A stretch of DNA of 64,000 bases. It comes from Bacteroidota bacterium. Lineage in GTDB: Bacteria > Bacteroidota > Bacteroidia > Bacteroidales > GCA-2748055. The first letter of the stretch is position 1. Every line of letters starts with the position of its first letter. The notes under the pieces are model-generated. The model ran no database searches. It saw nothing but the letters and a program-made list of their open reading frames with translations, and was not told the DNA's origin. The stretch covers positions 17,123 through 81,122 of the forward strand of contig JAIFNN010000022.1 of the NCBI GenBank assembly GCA_020047715.1. Reading direction: 5' to 3'. The translations under genes and the position numbers were made by a program. Of this stretch, positions 7,645-15,127 are shown piece by piece.

Positions 7645-9878
7645 GATAAGGCCTCCTCTGGTTTTTCGGTTAAGAAGGTAACAAAATTGCCGCGCATTCC
7701 TGTACCCCCCATAATCGGGTCGGTCATAACATTGGTGATTAACTCGGTATCGCTCACGCCCTTGCCGTATGTTCGGCTAAGCTGCTTGGTAGCGTGACCG
7801 AATCCATGAACCATATAGACCGAGTCCCAGCGGATGCGCTCGGTGATCCTTACCTTAATTGAGAAATTTGATTTTTTACCATCCTGATTCTGAAGCCAAA
7901 CGGGTTGGTTATGGGTCAATCCCCATTCCTTTGCTACTTTCGGGTTAACCCACAAGCTGTTTTCATCCATCAGGTCGTTGAGGTTTGGGTTGTTGGAGGT
8001 ACGGCTAAAGGTATGCATAGGGGCACGACCGTAGTTCAGGCGGTAGAAGCCCGAGGGTGGTTCCGGATGAGGGGTATAAACTGGCACCGGATCGAAGCCC
8101 TCATCAGCGAAGGCGGTTGAGTAAAGTTCGATTTTACCGGTGGGAGTTGAAAATTCATGTTGTTCGCCAGGAGTGAAATACAGATCATCTGCTTCGCGTT
8201 CAAAAGTTTTAACCCCGATTTTTTGCATTTCCTCCAACGAAGAACCCATTTGCCTGAGTTGCCAATCGAGATAATCCTCCAACTTTTCAAAGGGGAAAAA
8301 CTCGAGAAGGCCCAAACGTGAAGCAAGTTCCCGGGCCATCCAATAAGCTGATTTTGTGTTGTCTTTTGGCTCAAATGCAGGCATTCGAAGTGCAATGGAG
8401 GGTTTTCTGTGCGGACTCACGCGTATGCTGTCATATCTCTCCAGATAGGTGCATTCGGGAAGAACAACATCAGCCCAGCTTGTAATCTCCATGGGCATGG
8501 TGTCGATGGCCACCATCAGGTCGAGATGTTTGATTGCCTCAATGGTTTTGGCCTGATCGGGGAAGGTCATGATCAGGTTGGTGCCATAAACCAGCCATGC
8601 TTTAAAGCTGAAATCTCGCAGTTCCGCAGGAATGGTGGCATCGCAGATTTTTGAGGATACCGACTCGTCGGCCAGGTGAAACTGTCCGGGAAAAGCATCT
8701 CTCCAGGTTGTTTTTGGGGTAGGGAAAGGCGGATGAGGGTATGAAGGCAATACTGATGTAGAGGGATTGTAGAATCCGCCTCTTCGGCCCCAAGAGCCAA
8801 GCAAGGCGTTAAGGATTGCAACTGCCCTCAGCCTCTGAGTGTCATCGCCATACCAGGTTACATGCCTGCCTGGGTGAATGATTACGGCGGGAGAGACATT
8901 GAACATTTCCTTAGCCGTTTTGCGGATTACGTCAGGCTGAATACCGGTAATTCCATAGGCCCATTCAGGTGTCATGCTGCTGACATGGGCTTTTAAAAGA
9001 TCGTAACCGTACGTGTTCTTTTCCACATAATCTTTATCGATCCAGTTTTCTGTTGTCAGCACATTTATCCAGGATAATAGCAAAGCCAGATCGGTTGCGG
9101 GTTTTATGGGGAGCCAGTATTTCGATTTGCTTGCGGCAACCGAAAACCGGGGGTCGACGGTTATGATTGCGGCCCCTTTATCAATGGCATCCGACATCTC
9201 CTGAACCTGCCCGTTGTGCATATTCTCTCCAATATGAGATCCGATAAGCACAAGGCATTTTGTGTCGCGTATGTCAGTTCTCTCGGGGGATTCGATGGCT
9301 TCACCGAAAGTATTTATAAAGGCAACTTCCCTGGGACCGCGACACTGGGCATAGGAGGGAGCGGCAATGTTTGTTGAGCCATATGCTTTAAGAAGGTCCC
9401 CAAAATATTTCCCTCCCGATCCGTGGTTCATCAAGGCAACGCTTTCTGGGCCATAGTCTGAGGCTATAGATTTCATTTTTTCTGCAATCAGATCAAGTGC
9501 TTCTTCCCAGCTGGCTTCTCTGAACTTGTGCTCTCCACGCTCCCCGATACGGATAAGTGGGGTCTTTAACCTGTCGGTGTCGTTGTAAATCCCGACGCCG
9601 CCCGTACCCCTGGGGCAAAATCTTCCGTTACTGTGTTGATCTTCATCGTTTCCGGTGATTTTCCAGATGCTGCCATCTTCCCTTTTATATACCCAACCTG
9701 CACATTTCCAGAAGCAAATCTCGCAATACGTGGGAGTTCTTGTGAGATTGATTTTCATATCTCCCGTTGCTTCTTTTAATCCGGAAAAGTCGGTAATGTA
9801 AGCTAATGCGGAGAAGCCGACACTCAAGCCTCCCAACCCTAAGGCTGTTGTTTTTAGAAATTGTCTTCGCGACCCCAT
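7641..9878 (-). CDS. psrA: Tat-exported molybdopterin (bis-MGD) oxidoreductase catalytic subunit, polysulfide/thiosulfate reductase-like
   Basis: Twin-arginine signal MGSRRQFLKTTALGLGG and the N-terminal FeS motif CEICFWKCAG...CPRG. At 745 aa it has DMSO-reductase-family architecture. Substrate cannot be fixed from sequence by eye. Confidence 0.9.
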   Translation of the reverse strand: MGSRRQFLKTTALGLGGLSVGFSALAYITDFSGLKEATGDMKINLTRTPTYCEICFWKCAGWVYKREDGSIWKITGNDEDQHSNGRFCPRGTGGVGIYNDTDRLKTPLIRIGERGEHKFREASWEEALDLIAEKMKSIASDYGPESVALMNHGSGGKYFGDLLKAYGSTNIAAPSYAQCRGPREVAFINTFGEAIESPERTDIRDTKCLVLIGSHIGENMHNGQVQEMSDAIDKGAAIITVDPRFSVAASKSKYWLPIKPATDLALLLSWINVLTTENWIDKDYVEKNTYGYDLLKAHVSSMTPEWAYGITGIQPDVIRKTAKEMFNVSPAVIIHPGRHVTWYGDDTQRLRAVAILNALLGSWGRRGGFYNPSTSVLPSYPHPPFPTPKTTWRDAFPGQFHLADESVSSKICDATIPAELRDFSFKAWLVYGTNLIMTFPDQAKTIEAIKHLDLMVAIDTMPMEITSWADVVLPECTYLERYDSIRVSPHRKPSIALRMPAFEPKDNTKSAYWMARELASRLGLLEFFPFEKLEDYLDWQLRQMGSSLEEMQKIGVKTFEREADDLYFTPGEQHEFSTPTGKIELYSTAFADEGFDPVPVYTPHPEPPSGFYRLNYGRAPMHTFSRTSNNPNLNDLMDENSLWVNPKVAKEWGLTHNQPVWLQNQDGKKSNFSIKVRITERIRWDSVYMVHGFGHATKQLSRTYGKGVSDTELITNVMTDPIMGGTGMRGNFVTFLTEKPEEALS

Positions 9879-9919
9879 ATCCGAGATATTAATTACTTAA
9901 ATAACAACACTATGGATTC

Positions 9920-9937
9920 TGCTTTTGAAAAAGCCCG
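9920..9937. repeat. Copy 1 of an 18/19-bp repeat containing a T/A palindrome (TGCTTTTGAAAAAGCCCG)
   Basis: Near-identical to 10123-10141. It lies between the predicted -7 box and the psrA start codon. Confidence 0.6.
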
Positions 9938-9948
9938 AGTAAATTTAT

Positions 9949-9956
9949 CAAAAATA
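9949..9956 (-). promoter_or_regulatory. Bacteroidota -7 promoter box for the psr operon (TATTTTTG on minus strand)
   Basis: Exact TAnnTTTG match, 71-78 bp upstream of the psrA ATG at 9878. Confidence 0.45.
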
Positions 9957-10122
9957 TAATAATCTATATATATGGAACAACATATGCAGAGTTCCAGGGA
10001 TTGTCATTCGAATGTAAATGCCAATAAATCAGACAACAACATATTATTTAGACTAAAACTGAATTATCAGGCGGTATGGTTTGCTGAGAAAGCAGGGTAG
10101 TATGAAATTGGAAATCAGCCAG

Positions 10123-10141
10123 TGCTTTTTCAAAAAGCCCG
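10123..10141. repeat. Copy 2 of the repeat (TGCTTTTTCAAAAAGCCCG), with the core a perfect 7+1+7 palindrome
   Basis: GCTTTTT-C-AAAAAGC palindrome, 51 bp downstream of the stop of the upstream operon (10192). Confidence 0.6.
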
Positions 10142-10191
10142 GCAATTGATAGATTTGAGAATGACAAAACTCGCAATGATTTTTTTGTTTT

Positions 10192-11388
10192 CTAGCAGCC
10201 GCCCTTGATTTTCGACACTTTAGCGACAACCGGCTGGGTCGAGTTTTTCAAAGCTTCGACAAGTGACTGCATATCGGTTGAAGCCTTATTCCTGAATTGA
10301 TACGAGTTATGTTCTTTTTTGCTTGCGTCCGGTCCCGGTGGTGTTAATTCGAAAAACATCTTCCTGAAATCCTGGCTGGATTCGGAGAGGATAAAGTTTT
10401 CTGCGCTTCCAATAATTCCGGCCTTAAGGAAAGCTTTATTTACGCTTTGCGCATCATCCCCATAGAAATAGTTGGTCTTATGCTTCTGATCCAGAATTTC
10501 CTTCCATTCCCGGTCTTGCATTTTTTCAAAAGGTATGTTTATTGCGAAAGGGAGATGATACGACTTGAATGATTCGGGGTCTCTTGTGTCGATGATATTA
10601 ATACGATAGTAATTAGTCACTATTTCATGAGCCAGTTTATCGGCGGGCACAAGCATGTTGGTGAAGTCGGTACGTTTCAGTTCTTTGGAAATTCTGGTTT
10701 CAATTCTGCTTTGGCTATCGGGCAAAAAGGCAACAATAGCTAATAAAATGAAAGCAAAGCCGATGGCGGAGGAGTAATATATGGCTTTTTGTTTAGTGAC
10801 GCTCGAATTCACATTATTTACGCGGTTCTCGATAAGACCTGTTACATAAAATGCTGCGAACGCTATGGCTGAGAGAAGTATTGCGAAAACGATTTTCGAC
10901 ATGCCGAGCTGTTCGTTAATAAGTACAGGGCCCCAGGACTCGGCGATATAGATTTTCTCGAATAGGGGGAACCCCTCGATAAATACAAAAACACCAAGGG
11001 CCGATCCAAAGACAAAAGCCAGTCCGTCGAGTTTCCCTATAGATGCCGCACAAACACTGGTTCCCGGGCAAAAGCCACCGATAATAAAACCAATGCCCAT
11101 AATGGCTCCTCCCACAAGTGCGGACCAGAGGAATGTTGGGTTTATGTAGATGAGGCTCAAATCGAGCAAACCCCAATGGGAAAGCAACAAAACGCCGATC
11201 ATACCGGTGACTCCCGCAGTGAAAAACACCTTGAGAACAGTGAAATCGTAACCGTAAAAAAGTCCCACGAGCTTTTTGGTTGAGGAAAAACCAGCCTGCT
11301 CGAGAACAAATCCGAAACCGATTCCGGCAATCAGGGCAATGATAAGATTGAATTCACTACCAATAATAAAAGGTACTAAAGGTCCCAT
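10192..11388 (-). CDS. Fusion protein: YeeE/YedE half-transporter + Cys-less rhodanese-fold domain ending ...KIKGGC
   Basis: The first ~195 aa are collinear with the 4835-5425 product (GGFCPGTS motif). Two extra TM helices follow, then a rhodanese fold (IIDTRDPESF...AINIP) with the active-site loop YGDDAQSV (no Cys). It carries the same C-terminal tail as the 4124-4750 product. Confidence 0.85.
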   Translation of the reverse strand: MGPLVPFIIGSEFNLIIALIAGIGFGFVLEQAGFSSTKKLVGLFYGYDFTVLKVFFTAGVTGMIGVLLLSHWGLLDLSLIYINPTFLWSALVGGAIMGIGFIIGGFCPGTSVCAASIGKLDGLAFVFGSALGVFVFIEGFPLFEKIYIAESWGPVLINEQLGMSKIVFAILLSAIAFAAFYVTGLIENRVNNVNSSVTKQKAIYYSSAIGFAFILLAIVAFLPDSQSRIETRISKELKRTDFTNMLVPADKLAHEIVTNYYRINIIDTRDPESFKSYHLPFAINIPFEKMQDREWKEILDQKHKTNYFYGDDAQSVNKAFLKAGIIGSAENFILSESSQDFRKMFFELTPPGPDASKKEHNSYQFRNKASTDMQSLVEALKNSTQPVVAKVSKIKGGC

Positions 11389-11394
11389 GAGTAA

Positions 11395-11913
11395 TTATTT
11401 TAACCAAAGTTTTCTGAAAAAATACGCAAATGAATAGCCTGATCCGAATATCGCGAGCATGGTAATTATCCCACCAAACGACATTACTGCCATTCCGCTG
11501 AGAGCGGCACCGCTGGTGCAACCTCGTCCAAGCTGCGAACCGAACCCAAAGAGTGCGCCACCGATAATGGCAGCAACAATGCGGGTTTTGTTGGTTATGT
11601 TTGGTCCTCTTTCAAGCTTTATTCCCACACGGTTGGAAATTACCCCTGAAAAAAATGCACCAATAATTACACCAATGACTTCAAAAACAAGCCAGTCTTT
11701 GAGCGGACCCCCGGGGTGCTCTTTGTTATAGTCGTTTATGGAGGGCGTGTTGGCTGAGTGCTCAGGGGCAACAGCAACCACAGCAGAGAGAACTACGCTT
11801 TTAACAGCGCCGCTGGCACCTAAGCCACGCCCGGTGACGTAAATGGTTGCCAATAAAACCAGGCCGAGCAAAAAGCCGGCCAGGTAAGGATTCATGTATT
11901 TCTGCGAATTCAT
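11395..11913 (-). CDS. YeeE/YedE family half-transporter, 172 aa
   Basis: GSQLGRGCTSG motif. Paralogue of 5443-5979. Its start shares one base with the upstream stop (TAATG). Confidence 0.8.
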   Translation of the reverse strand: MNSQKYMNPYLAGFLLGLVLLATIYVTGRGLGASGAVKSVVLSAVVAVAPEHSANTPSINDYNKEHPGGPLKDWLVFEVIGVIIGAFFSGVISNRVGIKLERGPNITNKTRIVAAIIGGALFGFGSQLGRGCTSGAALSGMAVMSFGGIITMLAIFGSGYSFAYFFRKLWLK

Positions 11914-12563
11914 TATGCTGTTTGGGTTTTATCGTTTTTGGGAGTAATATCGATATGTTCCTCTTCGAGTTCCTCAAAGCCGGTAATCATTGCTTTGATA
12001 TTGGAAGTGGGAGTTTTACCGGTAGTTGTCATATAAACATGCACAACCAGAAAAATCATCAGCAAGAAAGCTCCAAGGGTGTGCCAGAAAGCAATACTGG
12101 CAAGAGGATATTCCTCGATTACAACCATGTTGTTTTGGTCGAAAGTCTTATAAAGCAAATAGAAAATCCCGGAGATGATTGTTATGGGTACCAAAATAAC
12201 TTTAAAACCGAGGTAGACGATTCGCTGTAGAGGATTGAGTTTACTCAGGCCTGTTTTTTCGGTGGGATGCGGATCCCCTTTAAAAATTCCTGAAATATAG
12301 TAGATTATTTGTTCCTTGAGTTTATCGGTGGTGGGGATGTATTGCCTCCATTCGCCGGTTGTCAGATGCCAGAAAATGGAAAAGGTAATCAGAGCGATTA
12401 GCATCCAAGAGGCAATTCTATGAAATTCGGCTGCTTTTTCAAATCCGAATATGTCCAATGTTCCGTGTACCTCAAATCCTGTTACTGCAAGAAAAATGAT
12501 CAGCGATGCCTGAGTCCAGTGCCAGAAGCGTTCAAAACCTTTGTAGATATATACTTTATGCAT
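11913..12563 (-). CDS. Membrane di-haem cytochrome b (PhsC / Ni-Fe-hydrogenase b-type cytochrome family)
   Basis: 216 aa with 4-5 TM helices and conserved His residues (RFWHW, FHRIA, WHLT, WHTL, VHVY). Confidence 0.75.
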   Translation of the reverse strand: MHKVYIYKGFERFWHWTQASLIIFLAVTGFEVHGTLDIFGFEKAAEFHRIASWMLIALITFSIFWHLTTGEWRQYIPTTDKLKEQIIYYISGIFKGDPHPTEKTGLSKLNPLQRIVYLGFKVILVPITIISGIFYLLYKTFDQNNMVVIEEYPLASIAFWHTLGAFLLMIFLVVHVYMTTTGKTPTSNIKAMITGFEELEEEHIDITPKNDKTQTA

Positions 12564-12605
12564 GTTCGTTTATTTTATTGGGAAGACTTTTCATGTAAGA
12601 AGAAT

Positions 12606-14213
12606 CTAAGCTGCGTCAGGCTCATCCTCATCGTAGTTGATAACCTGCTTTTCAAATTTGTCTTTAATTACGTTATATAGCATCCGGATGATTGCATGAC
12701 CGAAAACTGCGGCAAGCGTTAGCAGAAAAGTCCAGTAACCAAAAAAATCAAGTGTCTTATTGTAGTCGCGACCCGGAACGTAAAAGCCCGAAAGATTTGC
12801 CAGCCTGCCATTGTCACGGGTATGACATTCGGCACAACTAACAGATTTTTCTTTTGGTGAAACCATATGGTTTATTGGCCAGTACATCTCAGTTTTTACG
12901 AAACCGTATTCCCCGCTGAAAGCCAGACCCGATTGCTTCATTCCTGCTTCTGCTGCTTCAACCCATTTGAAATCCTGCCAAAAGGCACTGTCACCATCAT
13001 TTTCCCCATGAAGTTTGGGCTGAATCAGGCGATTGTAAACTTTATCATAAATCTGATCCCCCACATGAATCTTAACAGGTATGATTTTTGATTTCCGGTC
13101 GTTGTGCGAACCATATAAAGTATTCATCTTAACAGGGATCGATTGAATCGTATCGCCTAAAAGGTACTGATCGGCCGTGCCGTTAAACCAGATATAATCG
13201 GGTTTAACATTCCGTTCCCAGACAAAAGAACCCTTTATTGAAAGGTAGCTGTGGTTTCCAAGTGAATCGTCGATCTCGTAGGGCTCGCCATCTTTCAGCT
13301 TTCCGGCATCCGACCAGTTCCAGGCCATTTTGGTGGAATTGACTTTAGCATATTCCGGAATGTGGCAAGTCTGACAAGCGATCTTCGAGCCATGCCGGTT
13401 CAGCATATTGCTCAAATGGGGAGAAGAGCTGTGGCATTGCTCACAGGTTGAGCGGTTCGAGTTTTCTGTCGATACCGAATAAAGTTTTCCCAGAATCTGG
13501 TGATTTTTTGCCGAGTGGCAGGCCACACATTCCATGTTCATTCCGTTTGCAGCCATATGAACGTCAACATCGCGGTCGCACGATAAGTGAGCGCTTTCGA
13601 GATCTCCATGTTTCACGTTATTTCCGCCTCCGCCAAAAAAGTGGCATGAGCCACAATTGCTTTTCTTTGGTGACCCCACACTCTGCGCAACAGCTTCCAG
13701 GTTTACGGTACGATCGGGATATCCCGCCATGGCCGATCCTTTGAGATATTCTTCACTGTTGTCGTGACATACCATACAATCCACATTACGGGCATTATCA
13801 AAGTCGAAGGAATTGTTGTTCATCCCAAATCCGATATGGCATTTTGCACAGGACTTTTCGTTGGAATTCGTCCCGATGCAAAAATTATTCATAACGTTCT
13901 TCTTTCCCGAAGATGAAATTCCCCGCCCCTCAACATACGATACCCGTTCCCAATTCCAGTGGGATGAAGCCATTACCTCAAGGTGGGTTTCGGTATGGCA
14001 GGATATACAAGCCTCGGTTACTTCCTGTGGGGTTTTGAAATCCTTATGCAATGCAGGAAGCTTCGTGTGGTCCACAGAGGGGATATCTTTTAACGCATAT
14101 TCGTGCTTTAGTTCCTCAAGCTTTAAATTGTAACCGTCTTCCTTGTGCAGAACATTCACCAAAACAAGGGCCGAAACGACAATAAATATAACTAGCAGTA
14201 AATTCCTGAGCAT
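12606..14213 (-). CDS. Octaheme c-type cytochrome, tetrathionate-reductase (Otr) family
   Basis: Eight CxxCH motifs (CISCH, CAKCH, CMVCH, CGSCH, CVACH, CEQCH, CQTCH, CAECH). Has an N-terminal signal/anchor, the SHWNW motif, and an additional C-terminal hydrophobic helix FFGYWTFLLTLAAVFGHAII. Confidence 0.85.
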   Translation of the reverse strand: MLRNLLLVIFIVVSALVLVNVLHKEDGYNLKLEELKHEYALKDIPSVDHTKLPALHKDFKTPQEVTEACISCHTETHLEVMASSHWNWERVSYVEGRGISSSGKKNVMNNFCIGTNSNEKSCAKCHIGFGMNNNSFDFDNARNVDCMVCHDNSEEYLKGSAMAGYPDRTVNLEAVAQSVGSPKKSNCGSCHFFGGGGNNVKHGDLESAHLSCDRDVDVHMAANGMNMECVACHSAKNHQILGKLYSVSTENSNRSTCEQCHSSSPHLSNMLNRHGSKIACQTCHIPEYAKVNSTKMAWNWSDAGKLKDGEPYEIDDSLGNHSYLSIKGSFVWERNVKPDYIWFNGTADQYLLGDTIQSIPVKMNTLYGSHNDRKSKIIPVKIHVGDQIYDKVYNRLIQPKLHGENDGDSAFWQDFKWVEAAEAGMKQSGLAFSGEYGFVKTEMYWPINHMVSPKEKSVSCAECHTRDNGRLANLSGFYVPGRDYNKTLDFFGYWTFLLTLAAVFGHAIIRMLYNVIKDKFEKQVINYDEDEPDAA

Positions 14214-14264
14214 GTTGCTGTTTTTTTTCCAGATTATACCAAATGGGGTATAAAAGAGGGGTGA

Positions 14265-14291
14265 TGTATTTGTTTTTGAAAAATAAATACA
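14265..14291. promoter_or_regulatory. 27-bp near-perfect palindrome (TGTATTTGTTTTT-G-AAAAATAAATACA), candidate operator or 5' leader hairpin of the otr operon
   Basis: 13+1+13 inverted repeat with one mismatch. It abuts the -7 box and lies 52-78 bp upstream of the otr ATG. Confidence 0.5.
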
Positions 14292-14297
14292 AATATA
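14290..14297 (-). promoter_or_regulatory. Bacteroidota -7 promoter box for the otr operon (TATATTTG on minus strand)
   Basis: Exact TAnnTTTG match in the 291-bp AT-rich intergenic region upstream of 14213. Confidence 0.45.
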
Positions 14298-14504
14298 TCG
14301 ATATCTAAATATATAATTCTTTGGATGTTGGCTATTTCTTCATGTCCTTAAACATTTGGACTAATGGTGGCGAATTAAAATGTTGTTAAACAATGAGATG
14401 TGATTTATAAGGTTCAATAATTTATAATAAATCTTAATAATAATTTTGCCGGGTTAGATTGCAGTAAATAGGTTTCAGGGGGGAGGATAATGTATAGCAA
14501 AGTT

Positions 14505-15119
14505 TTATTTTCCGGGGATAATTGGCGGTAGGGAAAGGAGCTCGTCAGGATTATTAACGTTCATAAAAGTTGCAGGAGGCAGGCCCGGGATTTTCACGAA
14601 GTTTGTTTTAGCAACTTTCAGTATTTCCTGCATTTTGTATTGTTTTGACTGAATCATTTTTTCCATGACCAGGAGTACCGCAGCGGAGTAAATCCCAATA
14701 AGCGGCTCGGGTTGTCCTTGGTGGTTCAGGGCAACTGTTATTTCATATCCTTGAGAGTTCTTCAGGAGAGTTTGAATAATGTCAATAGTAATGAGAGGAA
14801 GGTCGCAGGGAAGAACAATTGCAGAGCTGAGGCGGATATTTTTAAGACAAGAATAAATTCCTCCAAGTGGACCGAGATTTGGCATTTCGTCTTCGATACG
14901 CCTGTAATTAAGGTTATCCAGGACAGGATTGGAGGAACTTATTAGGATATCCCCCGAGAAAAAGCTTAAGACGGATAAGCTGTATTCGTAAAGATTACGG
15001 TTTCCGTATTTCACAAAAGCTTTGTCAATGCCCATTCTTGTGCTTTTTCCTCCAGCCAGAAGAATCCCGGAAACAGTATCGGAAGCTTTGTTCATGGTGA
15101 GCAGAATGGGTGCGTGCAA
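14505..15119 (-). CDS. mobA: Molybdenum cofactor guanylyltransferase
   Basis: GILLAGGKSTRMGIDKA N-terminal nucleotide-binding motif, ~200 aa size, and an LPCDLP motif. Confidence 0.8.
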   Translation of the reverse strand: MHAPILLTMNKASDTVSGILLAGGKSTRMGIDKAFVKYGNRNLYEYSLSVLSFFSGDILISSSNPVLDNLNYRRIEDEMPNLGPLGGIYSCLKNIRLSSAIVLPCDLPLITIDIIQTLLKNSQGYEITVALNHQGQPEPLIGIYSAAVLLVMEKMIQSKQYKMQEILKVAKTNFVKIPGLPPATFMNVNNPDELLSLPPIIPGK

Positions 15120-15127
15120 AAATCGGA

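Noticed and set aside
7267-7797. 176-aa plus-strand ORF across the psrB/psrA junction
   Set aside because: It lies entirely antisense to two strongly supported minus-strand genes with clear FeS and Mo-enzyme motifs. Its Ala/Gly/Thr-rich translation is typical of a shadow ORF on the opposite strand of a GC-richer gene. The same reasoning applies to 8036-8395, 8409-8654, 11459-11731, 11847-12230, 13448-13744 and 13813-14133.
6967-14283. Idea that a short TTTT(T)-N-AAAA(A) palindrome is a shared sulfur-regulon operator (seen at 6967, 9921, 10125 and 14271)
   Set aside because: As a short core it is not specific. Similar T-run/A-run palindromes occur inside coding DNA (about 17325 and 55323) and in unrelated intergenic DNA (about 57955). 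Only the longer 18/19-bp repeat pair and the 27-bp palindrome are reported as findings. The 'common core' remains speculation.
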